Positions 1 to 9,929 of a stretch of 22,170 nucleotides of DNA are shown here, piece after piece. Origin of the DNA: Moniliella sp. 'wahieum' (Eukaryota); assembly GCA_003971905.1 (NCBI GenBank), contig RSEE01000160.1, forward strand, positions 62,001-84,170. Reading direction: 5' to 3'. The translations under genes were made by a program, and so were the position numbers. The notes beneath the pieces were generated by a model. That model worked only from the letters and a program-made list of their open reading frames with translations. It ran no database searches and had not been told where the DNA came from. Numbering within the stretch: position 1 is the first letter of the stretch; each line of letters starts with the position of its first letter.

Positions 1-386
1 GCTGGGTGGACATGCCGCGACAATTGTGTGTTTGCAGTTGCCCCCCCAAACCACACCATCCAACCCCAACCCCACTCTCCTTGATATCTGCGGTTTCACA
101 AAGGTAACTAGTATGGCCGCCCAGCAGCTCCATGCGAAAACTGAGAGTTGGCCGTTCCCTATGAAAACAGGGTGGTGCACTTGTCATGTTTTTTCGGAAG
201 GTCTCCGTTCAATCCCCACAGCCACCTGGCCCAGTGTCCCAGACGAGATCCTGGCGGTTTCAGGCCTGGACACTCGCTCTGACGGGCTCCAGCCCGTGGC
301 GAACAGGGGTATATAGATCTTCGGCGTTTCTCTATCGCACGCTGTGCGTGCCACGCAACATGCTTTGAAATTTGCATTCGATCGTG

Positions 387-514
387 CACGTGAGCACTTG
401 AGTACGTGGATGAGTGTCTGAGACACCTCGGAACCATGGCCAGAGGGGCGCAGCGCCAGTGTGGCCCCGCTAGGGTTCGCCCCCCTTGCCGCAGCAGCCC
501 AGGCAACCCTAGCG
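387..514. promoter_or_regulatory. RPS1 promoter: CACGTGA E-box plus inverted AACCCTAG pair
   Basis: CACGTGA at 387-393; CGCTAGGGTT (468-477) and AACCCTAGCG (505-514) form a 10-bp inverted repeat. Confidence 0.55.
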
Positions 515-609
515 CTGCTGGAGCGCGGGCGCCGACTGCCGCCCGCCACGCCCCATGGAGAACGCAGCGTCGCCGTCGCCGCTGCCACACCAAGACCGCA
601 ATCGTTGAG

Positions 610-795
610 GTACGCAGGATGCTCCTCCCCTCTCCTTTGCCCTCTCCCTCTCCCTCTCCCTCTCCCTCTCCCTGGCCTCGCCTTCCCGCGCGCCGTTTCG
701 CGCTGCGAGGGGCACGGCTATTTGCGAGGGATGATGTCCGGGCGGCCCGCGCAACAGTTGGGACCAAGGAAGGAGCCATACTGACAGCTGCGTAG
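610..795 (+). other. 5'UTR intron of RPS1
   Basis: Donor GTACGC at 610, branch ACTGAC at 780-785, TAG acceptor at 793-795, 12 nt before the ATG. AAG at 805-807 is an alternative acceptor. Confidence 0.7.
642..672. repeat. (CTCTCC)n microsatellite in the RPS1 5'UTR intron
   Basis: About five tandem CTCTCC units read directly. Confidence 0.85.
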
Positions 796-807
796 TGTTG
801 ATTCAAG

Positions 808-1590
808 ATGGCGATTGGCAAGAATAAGAAGCTGGGCAAGAAGGGGATGAAGAAGAAGACGGTGGACCCCATGTCGCGCAAGGTGTGGCACGATATTCGT
901 GCGCCGACCTTTTTTGACAACCGGACGGTGGGCAAGACGATTGTCAACAAGTCGCAGGGCTTGGTCAATGCCAACGATTCGCTCAAGGGCCGGATTGTCG
1001 AGGCCTCCTTGGCCGATCTCAACAAGGATGAGGAACAGTCGTTTCGGAAATTCTCGTTGCGCGTGGACGAGGTGCAGGGCCGGTCGTGCTTGACCAACTT
1101 TCACTCTATGAACTTTACCACGGACAAGATCCGTTCGTTGGTGCGCAAGTGGCAGACGACGATCGAGGCCCACCAAGACGTCAAGTTGACGGATGGGTAT
1201 GTGGTGCGTCTCTTTGTGATTGCGTTCACCAAGCGCCGTTCCAACAGCGTGAGCAAGACGACCTATGCCCAGTCGGCCCAAGTGCGCGCGATCCGGCAAA
1301 AGATGTTCCAGATCATCAAGCGCGAAATCGAAACGTGCGACATCAAGGAGCTGGTTCAAAAACTCATTCCCGAAGTCATTGGCCGTGAGATTGAAAAGTC
1401 CACCCGGGGCATTTACCCACTCAAGGACGTGTTTGTTCACAAGGTCAAGATCATCAAGAAGCCCAAGTTTGACGTGTCGCGTCTCGTTGAGCTCCACGGC
1501 GGTGCGGCCAACGTGGTGGGCGCCGAGGACTTGGGTGCCAAGGTCAAGAGCGCCGAGTTTGTCGAACCCACGCCTCTCGCTAGTGTCTAA
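808..1590 (+). CDS. RPS1: 40S ribosomal protein eS1 (S1/S3a)
   Basis: Intact 260 aa ORF with eS1 motifs [43 protein letters not shown]. Confidence 0.98.
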   Translation: MAIGKNKKLGKKGMKKKTVDPMSRKVWHDIRAPTFFDNRTVGKTIVNKSQGLVNANDSLKGRIVEASLADLNKDEEQSFRKFSLRVDEVQGRSCLTNFHSMNFTTDKIRSLVRKWQTTIEAHQDVKLTDGYVVRLFVIAFTKRRSNSVSKTTYAQSAQVRAIRQKMFQIIKREIETCDIKELVQKLIPEVIGREIEKSTRGIYPLKDVFVHKVKIIKKPKFDVSRLVELHGGAANVVGAEDLGAKVKSAEFVEPTPLASV

Positions 1591-1837
1591 GTGCATTGGG
1601 CTCGGTTCACTCTCTTCCTCCTTCCCAAAATAGCGCGACCCTCTCCCGAATCGAGAAATGGGCTCGCGACTGCACTGATGCCCACCACTTGCTCCTCCCA
1701 CGCCCCTCCTCCCCACCCATGCATCCATGTTGCGCTATACATATCCTTCGCTTTCCTCTGGACATAGACCTATGGAAATCCACCTCCCTAAATGGGGCAT
1801 GTAGGGACCAAGGAAGGAGTGCAATCTTCAAAACAGT

Positions 1838-3548
1838 TCACCTGGCCAAGTGGTAGTCGTCAATGCGAAGCAGGAGCGAAACCGTCTCGGTCGCCAGCTC
1901 AATGGCCGATGTGTTGACCAGCAAAGGCTGCAGGACATTCTCTTCGAGAATGTTGGTGATGGTACCCTTGCGCACGTTGATCCCAGCGGTCGTCGCCCTG
2001 GGCGTGCCGGTTGCGCAACTCGGTGACAATGGCGATCGGGTTGAGCCCTGCGTTTTCGGCAAGCGTGGTGGGGATGATCTCCAACGCGTCGGCAAATGCT
2101 TCGAAGCAAAAGGCTTCCATGCCCTGAAGCGTTTGCGCATACTTGGCCAGTTGGCGGGAAACGTGCACCTCGGGCGCGCCACCACCAGCGATCAACGCGC
2201 GCTTCTTGACCAGAGAACGCACCACACAGAGTGCATCGTGCAACGACCGCTCGCTCTCCTCCAATACAAGACTGTTGGCACCCGTGCACAACACACTCAC
2301 CGTATTGCCCATGTCCTTGATGCCCGACACCTTGACCACACGCGTGCCGGCCAGCTGCACCTCCTCCACCAAGTCGGCATACGCCAGCTTGTCCTCGGTA
2401 AACGCATCAATGTCGGCAATGGGGGTGGTGTGCAGCGTCTTGCAGACAAACTCCATTTCGTCGCGCTCAATGTCCTTAATGACAAGGATCTTGAGCTTAG
2501 CGAGGAAATGAAGCGCAAGGTCATTGACCGCGTCGCGCAAGATGGACTTTTGCAGCAGCAGGACGTTGCATCCAGCCTTTTTGATCTTCTTGCACATGTT
2601 GAGCAAGTACTGCCGCTCCTCTTTGAGAATCTTGTCCATCTGGCGGTAATCGTTGACCACGATTTGGTTGTCCATATCGGGTTTGGGGCTGGACAGCTGG
2701 AATTGACACACACCAATCTTGGCCTTCTCCATGTGCGTCGGTCCCCCCGAGTTGGCCACCGCGTTCTGCTCCAACACCAGCCCATCCATCATCTCTGTGT
2801 CTTCAATGGTACCGCCCACCTTTTTGACCAAGCGAATGTCACGTAAGTCCACCGACGGTTCATCGCTCGTCGCCGTCCCGGCTGGCTCGACGGTACCCCG
2901 GGCCGTCTCCTGGGCTGCGCCGGTAGAGGTGATGGGCAGGACCGAGACTGGTGCAGGAGCAGTGGGGGACTTGTTGTGCAACAGGCGCAGCACCGCATTG
3001 ACAGCGATCGGGGCCAGCGTCGACGAGTACTGCGACACAATCTTGGAATTGAGACTGGTGTGGGCGCGCGGAGGAGAGCCTCCTTGTCGCTCAAGTCGAT
3101 CGGGGTGCTGATCTCAGTCAGGTACTCGACCGCTTTGGTGGATGCCTTGACAAACGACTCGGCAATCACCGTGGGGTGGATGCCCTTGTTCAGCATCTTT
3201 TCCGCCGCCCCCAGCAATGCGCCGGCCACAACAACCCACCGAGGTGGTGCCGTCGCCGGTCTCAATGTCCTGGGCCTGGGAGAGCTCCACCAGCATGCGC
3301 GCGGCGGGGTGCATGACAGCCATGTGCTTGAGAATGGTAGCGCCGTCGTTGGTGATCACCACCTCGCCCTGGGCGGTCTGGATCATCTTGTCCATGCCCT
3401 TGGGGCCGAGGGAGGTGCGGACGGCATCGCTGACGGCCTTGGCGGCCGCCATGTTGGAGCGGCGGACCTCGTCGGGCTTGTCGGCATTCTTGAAGGCCTT
3501 GTTGGCGCCGGACGGGCCGGCGGAGGGGGGCAGCACAGCAGCGGGCAT
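1838..3548 (-). CDS. CCT4: T-complex protein 1 subunit delta (chaperonin CCT4), with 3 apparent sequencing frameshifts
   Basis: Joined frames give [86 protein letters not shown] at 3548, stop at 1838-1840, shifts near 3236, 3062 and 1992. Confidence 0.95.
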
Positions 3549-4939
3549 GGTGGCGGTGGCGGTGGGAGGCCCGAGGGGGCCAGAAGGCCCAGGCAAGAAA
3601 GGCCGGCCGAGGCGAGGCGGAGGCGCGACGCGTGTCCGGCACCACACCAGTCTTCCGGCCATCCTTCCCTCGACTTCGGCCGCCCAGCCGCGCCCAGCCG
3701 CGCCTTCCGCCCATTCCGCCCCCCGCCGCCGGGGTAAATGCGAGGTACGTGGCCCGGGCATCAATATGAGGCAGCAAGGCAATCTGACTCCTTTCTCGGG
3801 TCCCACCGCGCCATCCAACGCCGCCGCCGCTTGCCTTTTCCCCGCCGCCAGGGCCAAGAGCCCGGCAACCATTGGGCCGCCGACAAAGGGCATATTCTGC
3901 TAAGCCAAGAGGCGCGTGTCTTCGAGTTGTTACATCTCTTCTAGCACGTGGGCCATCGTGACGTGGATAAATAAGACGGTGGTGGTGCTGGTCCAAAGCT
4001 GGACCCGGCTCACGCAGAGGTAGGGCGAAGCGATGTGGACCCCGCTTTGAGGCGTGACGGGTGCCATGTGGGTCAAAGCAAAACCCGAAATCAGGTGCCT
4101 TCTTGTTAGGTCTCCAGCACTCTCCCCGCCGTTTCCATCGAGGCTTCTAGACAAATAGCAGGGAGCCTATTTTTGCTGATAAAGTAGGCTATTGCCGTGC
4201 CACATGCCACCGCCTGATCGCAAGCCGTGTGACAGCCCCAAGAGCAGCAACCAGAAAACAGAGAAGAGAAGACAACAAGCAGTAAGCAGCCGTACTAGTA
4301 CTACTTATACTTGAACACTATACCTGAGGGGATGGAGGATTGAGTTGCATCAGATCATCAAACGACAGGACCGCGGCAGACGAAACTTGCTTTTATCCTC
4401 CGCCTCGAGCGGCAGGAGACACATCTATAGTCCGAGTCTGAGGCCCTGGGGCCGAGTGGGGGTAGAGGCCCCGCGCCGCCGGCTGCGAGCTCCGGAACGG
4501 GTACCATAAGTGGTCCATCACTGTTGGCGGCTCACTCGAACACGGATGATAGCTTGACTTCGGCCGACACTGTCCCTAAGCCAGCACTAGGCCACTGCTC
4601 TGTTCGTGCACGTGCGCCTTCCTTTGTGTCCCTGTGTTCGCTTCCCCTCCTGTCTTCTCTCCGCTGCATCGCCGACACCACTTCCACTCGATACTTTGTT
4701 CACCCTCCGTGCACATATCAGCGCCCTAGCCTTTCAGTCAGTAGGCGCCATGTAATTGCCGCTAATTGCGACCAGTAGGTCACGACGCAACAGTTCCATT
4801 TGCCCACGCCCGTCGTCCCTTGCCTCCCTTTCCCTGTCCCCTGCTCCCACTACATGATGCTTGCATTAGAGCAGATCTGGACAATTCATTTGTCTGCCGT
4901 GCACATCGCATGGCGAGAAGCAAGCCAGCGGCGAGGGTC

Positions 4940-6398
4940 TTACACGGAAAGCTCCGCTTTCTCCGACTTGTTCACAGCATCCTGGTAGGGCTGCAGCGCC
5001 GGCTTCACCCACTTGGCCACAAAGCGTTCCACCTGCTGCTCTGCGCGGCCGGTAAAGGTGCTGGGGTCCAGCAGCTCCGGCAGGCGGGCACAACGGGCGC
5101 AAAGTAAGGGTCGTTCTTGATGCGCTCAATCAAGTCGTTGTCCCCACCCTGTTGCTTGACCACGGCGGCAGCCTGGTGCGAAAGCACACGAATGTGTTCG
5201 TGGCACTCTTGCCGGTCTCCGCCGGCGTCCTTGACCATGGCCATAATCACGTTCTCCGTCGCCATAAACGGTAGCTCGGCCGCAATGTGCTTCTTGATCA
5301 CCGCCGGGTAGACGACCAGGCCCTCAGAGATGTTCTGGAGCGTGGTGAGGATCACATCGGCCGTCAGGAAGGCTTCCGGGATGGACAGGCGGCGGTTGGC
5401 ACTGTCGTCCAGCGTGCGTTCCATCCACTGACCGCCCGCCGTCTCGCGCGTGTTGTTCAGCACGTTTCCGAGCCAGCGAGACAGGGCACAGACACGCTCA
5501 CTGCGCATCGGGTTGCGCTTGTACGCCATGGCACTGCTGCCAATCTGGTCCTTCTCAAACGGCTCCTCCAGCTCCTTGAGGTGGCAGAGCAGGCGAATGT
5601 CCGTGGCCAATTTGAGTGCCGACGCACTGAAACTGGCCAGCGCCGCCAACGCATCAAAGTCCACCTTGCGGCTGTACGTTTGGCCCGTGACAGGCATGGC
5701 GTACGGAAAGCCAAACTTGGCAGTCACCATCTCGTCCAGCTCCTCCACCTTGTCGTGGTCGCCCTCAAAGAGAGCAAGGAACGAGGCCTGGGTACCGGTC
5801 GTACCCTTGACACCCCGGAACCCAATGTCGTTACGGGCGCGCTCAAAGTTGCGCAGGTCCCAGAGCAGTTCCTGGATCCAAAGGGTGGCACGCTTGCCCA
5901 CTGTGGTCAGCTGCGCGGGCTGCATGTGGGTAAAGCCGAGCGTGGGCAGTGCCTTGTACTCCTCCGCAAAGGCCGACAGACGCGCAATGACCGTAGCGAG
6001 CTTGGGAAGGAGCAGGTCAAAGCCCTTGCGGAGGAAGATGAGGTCGGCATTGTCCGTCACGTAGCAGCTGGTTGCGCCGAGGTGGATGTAGGGCGCAGCG
6101 GCGGGGGCCACGTGGCCAAAGGTGTGCACATGCGCCATGACGTCGTGGCGACGCTTCTCTCTTCCTGGGCAGCCAGCGCCATCTGCTCATCGTCGAGAGT
6201 GAGGTGGGCCTTCATCTGGGCAATGGCCTCGTCGGGGATGTCGAGGCCGAGCGCCTTCTCAGACTCGGCGAGGGCAAGCCAGAGCTGGCGCCACGTGCCG
6301 AAGCGGGTGGCATTGGAGAAGAGGTTGGACATCTCCTTGGACGCATAGCGGCCAGCCAGGGGCGAGGCCCACTGCTCGTAGGACGGCGAGAGACTCAT
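4940..6398 (-). CDS. ADE13: Adenylosuccinate lyase, with 2 apparent sequencing frameshifts
   Basis: [31 protein letters not shown], fumarate-lyase signature [12 protein letters not shown]-terminus [11 protein letters not shown]...AELSV-stop (TAA at 4942-4940). Shifts near 6158 and 5087. Confidence 0.96.
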
Positions 6399-7287
6399 AG
6401 GGACGCGGCGGTGGGGGTGGGGGTGGGCGCGGAAGAGAGGGGGGGAACCGCACGGACAAAGTCGGAAACAATCGAACGCAGAAGCGTCCTGGGGTCTTTT
6501 TTTTCTCTTTTTCTTTCTCCGCACAGACCGGCTGGCTGGCTGTGGCGGAGATCACCAGTCGGGCCCAATCGCATCGCTGATCCTCGGGCGGAATACATCG
6601 GCCCACTGGGTGGAGAGCCTCATCGGTCAGCACAGCGGCATGGATGATCCGCGGGGATGTGTGGTCGTAGATCAATGGGCGCCGCCCTTGTCGCCCCGAC
6701 GCACGCAGTCTCGGCGCTTGCCTTGCGCCGTGGGCCCCCCACACCCCGCCGCTCCCTTCTCAGCGCGGCCCCCCGACCGGCTGTGCAGGCCATCGCTCTC
6801 CCATGGGCCACCCATCGCCACGCCTTGGCGAACAGCCAGCTACACCCTCCGCCCCCTTTCCTCTCGACTGGCCAATGGAAGCTACCTGCTTCATGCCGCC
6901 ACGGCTGCTGGCATGGTACCTTGGCGCCAGCTCTTCCCTTTCTCTGTTCTGCCCCCCCCCCCCCTTAGTGTACCTGGTCCTTGGATAAGAACGAGCTGGA
7001 CCCACATTTTTTACCCTCTGCCCAGGGCCCGATCCCCCCGCCTAGTTCATGGTTCGATGCACGAACAATTACATCCCTATTGCAGTCAGTAGAGGGGGCT
7101 ACTCTGCCTCCCCGCAGGCGAGGGAAGGGCAGGGGAAGGCAGGTCGTGTTCTTCGTGGTCGCGCAGTGGTCCTGCCCCCACAGTGTGCTGCGCTATGCGG
7201 AGAGTCGGAGCTTCCTTCTGCACTTGCTTCGCCAGCGTTGCTCCAGCAAAAAGGGCCATGCATTTCTGGCACCCTTATCTGCTGCAC

Positions 7288-7720
7288 TTAGTTGCCTCCG
7301 CGGAGAGCAAGCACCAACTAGAGAAGATGTAGGAGGTCAGTGGTCAGTCGGGCGACTGGGGAACGAGTGTACGAGGTAGGGCTAAGCAGAGGTCGATACG
7401 TACATGAAGCGTGGTGCCTCCCTCCACATTCATCTCTTTGGCCGTCTTGTCGTCCGGCCTTGGAAAAGGTCAGCGAGCCATAATCGAACAAGCAGGGGAG
7501 AGGACGTACATCTGCTTGCCGCTGAAGATGAGGCGTTGCTGAACGGGCGGAATGCCTTCTTTCTCTTCTACCTTTTCCTTGATACGGCTGATCTTGTCTG
7601 TTGGCTCAATGTCCAGTTCAATCACTGCCAAGCATCAGCGTGTCAGTAGGGTGTATGTGAGTGTGGGGGGGGCAAACACAACGTACTGCGGCCAGTGAGC
7701 GTCTTGATCTTGATGAGCAT
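7288..7720 (-). CDS. NEDD8: Ubiquitin-like modifier NEDD8/Rub1, 4 exons (7720-7687, 7624-7510, 7458-7404, 7317-7288)
   Basis: Spliced 77 aa product [77 protein letters not shown]. Ala72 and LRGG are NEDD8 hallmarks; three GTACGT donors, each intron with a CTGAC branch. Confidence 0.95.
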
Positions 7721-8127
7721 CGTGGCCAGCGCTGGAGATGGTGGGGGGGGCAGTGCGCGCACATCTCATGGCTGATCGATGACCCCCTGGCCGAGCCAAT
7801 CGACAAGGCGGGAATGTGAATGTTTCAGACTGACGTGCTATTTCGCGTCGCTCGCCTGGGATTCTGATTCTGCAACTACTCCAGGCTGTAAGAGCCGCTC
7901 TGCTGACCGTCTAGGCGCAACTCGGGGCCGATGCAACGGCCTTACTAGGCGGCATTCCTCCACCTTCCTTCCTTCTTGTATGTTGGCTCGATGTCCGCTT
8001 TCAGCCGGCACATCCTCCCGAAATAACCGAATCTTCAATCCGATTGGCACCACCGCTTCCTGCAAGTCAGAGCGAACGCAGCGCCTAGGCACCACTACGG
8101 TCGCGGTGCTGTACCCACAGCAGGGCG

Positions 8128-9406
8128 CTACGCATGCTCCTGCGCAAACTGGGTCATGACCTGAGCCACCTTCTCTGCCTGCGCCACCGACACAGCATTG
8201 TACAGCGACGCGCGGCACCCACCCACGGAACGGTGGCCAGCAATCTGCACAATGCCCTGTTTCTTGCACGCCTCGATAAACTGCTTCTCCAACTCGGGGC
8301 TGGGCTGACCACCGGCACACACACGGAACGTCACGTTCATCAACGACCGAACGTCCTTTTGCCGAACCGTAGGAACAAAGGTACCGCCCGAAGCCTCGAT
8401 GGCAGCGTAGAGCAACCCAGCCTTTTTCTGGCTGCGTTCTTGCGCACCGGCCACGCCGCCCGTAGCGAGCAGATGGGCAAACACCAGACCAGAAACGTAA
8501 ATGGCGTGCATGGGCGGCGTGTTGAACAAACTTCCATTGTCCGCCTGGTTCTTGTAGACCAACGTTGACGGGATGGGTGGTGCGCCCAAGGCGACCAACG
8601 CCTCATCATCTGGGTTGACCAGCAACTCCTTCTTGACCAGCACGATCGTCACCCTGGTGGGCCGACATTTTTCTGCGCACCGAAAAAGACGATGCCATGC
8701 TGGTCAAGATGGGCAATAGGGCGGGAGAGGATGTTGGAGGACATGTCGGCAACGATGGGTACCTTGGCACGGTACTCTGCCGGGAGCTCGTGGAGCGGGA
8801 ACCCGTATTGGCCAGTGGGCGAGGCCGTGTTGTACTCCACCCCATCCACCGTCTCGTTATCGCAGTAATACAGGAAAGCGGGCGGACGCCCGTGGTGGGC
8901 GACAGATCCCATTTCTCGACCGGCGGAATCAACCCAAACTTGCCCTCTGCACCAGGGAGCTTGCGCGCATCGAATACAGCATGGGCATTTGCACGCAGGC
9001 GCGTGGCCTCCTTGAACGCCTTGGCACTCCAAGTACCAGACACGGCATAGTCGCACCGCACCTGGCCCTGAGTCCAGCCCTGCGGGTACACACTCGCGTG
9101 CCGATTGAGCAGGTTGAGCACCGTAGCTGCGAATTGCTCCGTGCCGCCGCCCTGAGAGAACAGTACAGCCCACTGTTCTCCCAAGCCAAGGAGCGAACGC
9201 AGGTCTGCTTCGGCCTTCTCGATAATGGCTTTGAACGGGGCACTGCGGTGCGACATCTCCGTCACGCCCATGCCCAACCCTTCGTATTCCAACACTGCCT
9301 TGGCTGACTCGAGCAGCACATTCGTAGGCAACTGGGAAGGGCCGGCGCCGACGTTGATCGTGGCATCGCGCGCAGAAAGGTCGACTTGCAGCGTTGTGGG
9401 AGCCAT
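8128..9406 (-). CDS. SER1: Phosphoserine aminotransferase, with 2 apparent sequencing frameshifts
   Basis: INVGAGPSQLP, EMSHRS, QGGGTEQF, YYCDNETVDGVE, ADMSSNILSRP, PLP-lysine motif GAQKNVGPPG, SLFNTPP, GHRSVGGCRASLYNA. Shifts near 8890 and 8653. Confidence 0.96.
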
Positions 9407-9569
9407 TGTAGGTGGTGGAGAAGATGGAGAAACCGCGTTGACTGTTACTCGCCTTTTCTCTTTCCCGCCCTCTTTTCTCCGGCTGGGAATTTGAAACGTA
9501 AGTAAACGATGGAAGGAACAAGGGGCACGCGCGGCGTTGCAACCTGCAACCTACTTGGTCTGGTGCCAG

Positions 9570-9611
9570 TGACTCTACCAGTGACTGCCAGGGCAGCTGG
9601 ATGAGCTCATC
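9570..9611. promoter_or_regulatory. Possible bZIP (Gcn4/Cpc1-type) sites upstream of SER1
   Basis: TGACTC at 9570-9575 within a CCAGTGACT direct repeat, and palindrome GATGAGCTCATC at 9600-9611, about 165-205 nt upstream of the ATG. Confidence 0.3.
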
Positions 9612-9929
9612 GACCTACCTCCTCCTGCGCCCACTCTGCATTTTCGTGCGAAGGGGAGAAAACGGATGGTTTAGCTTGTGGACGGTACAACTATGCGCTA
9701 CTATGAGCCGCGAGCTGTGAGCCATGAGCCCCTGACAGTCCAAGGACAAGCGCGGAGAAAACTACGGCGCAACAAACTTCAGGCAATGCGCATGGGATTG
9801 GCATGTTTTTTGGCGACAGACACAAGTGTCCATCAAGGGACTTAGGGACATAAAGGGCCCCCACCCCTCGGCGAGGGTAAGAGGAAACAAGCAGGTCGAC
9901 GGAAAAATCAAACACAGCTGGCAACCAAC

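Noticed and set aside
110..316. Several hairpins (AGTGTCC 233-239 / GGACACT 268-274; ACGGGC 282-287 / GCCCGT 292-297) beside TATATA at 310
   Set aside because: No family motif, truncated by the window edge, and consistent with chance pairing in a promoter region.
4258..4362. Fragments resembling U6 (ACAGAGAAGA) and U3 (TACTTGAACA; TGATGATCTG on minus)
   Set aside because: The required neighbouring motifs (U6 TTAGCATGG, U3 GGATCA and terminal D box) are absent.
4534..4594. Pol III A-box-like TGGCCTAGTGC (4594-4584) and B-box-like GTTCGAGT (4541-4534) on the minus strand
   Set aside because: Both boxes deviate from consensus, no cloverleaf forms, and G-U pairing in the region favours the + strand.
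7045..7070. GGTTCGATGC, tRNA T-loop-like
   Set aside because: No T-stem, D-arm or acceptor stem.
1838..9406. Pseudogene or programmed-frameshift interpretation of CCT4, ADE13 and SER1
   Set aside because: Core housekeeping functions, intact motifs, shifts in both directions without slippery heptamers; sequencing error is far more likely.
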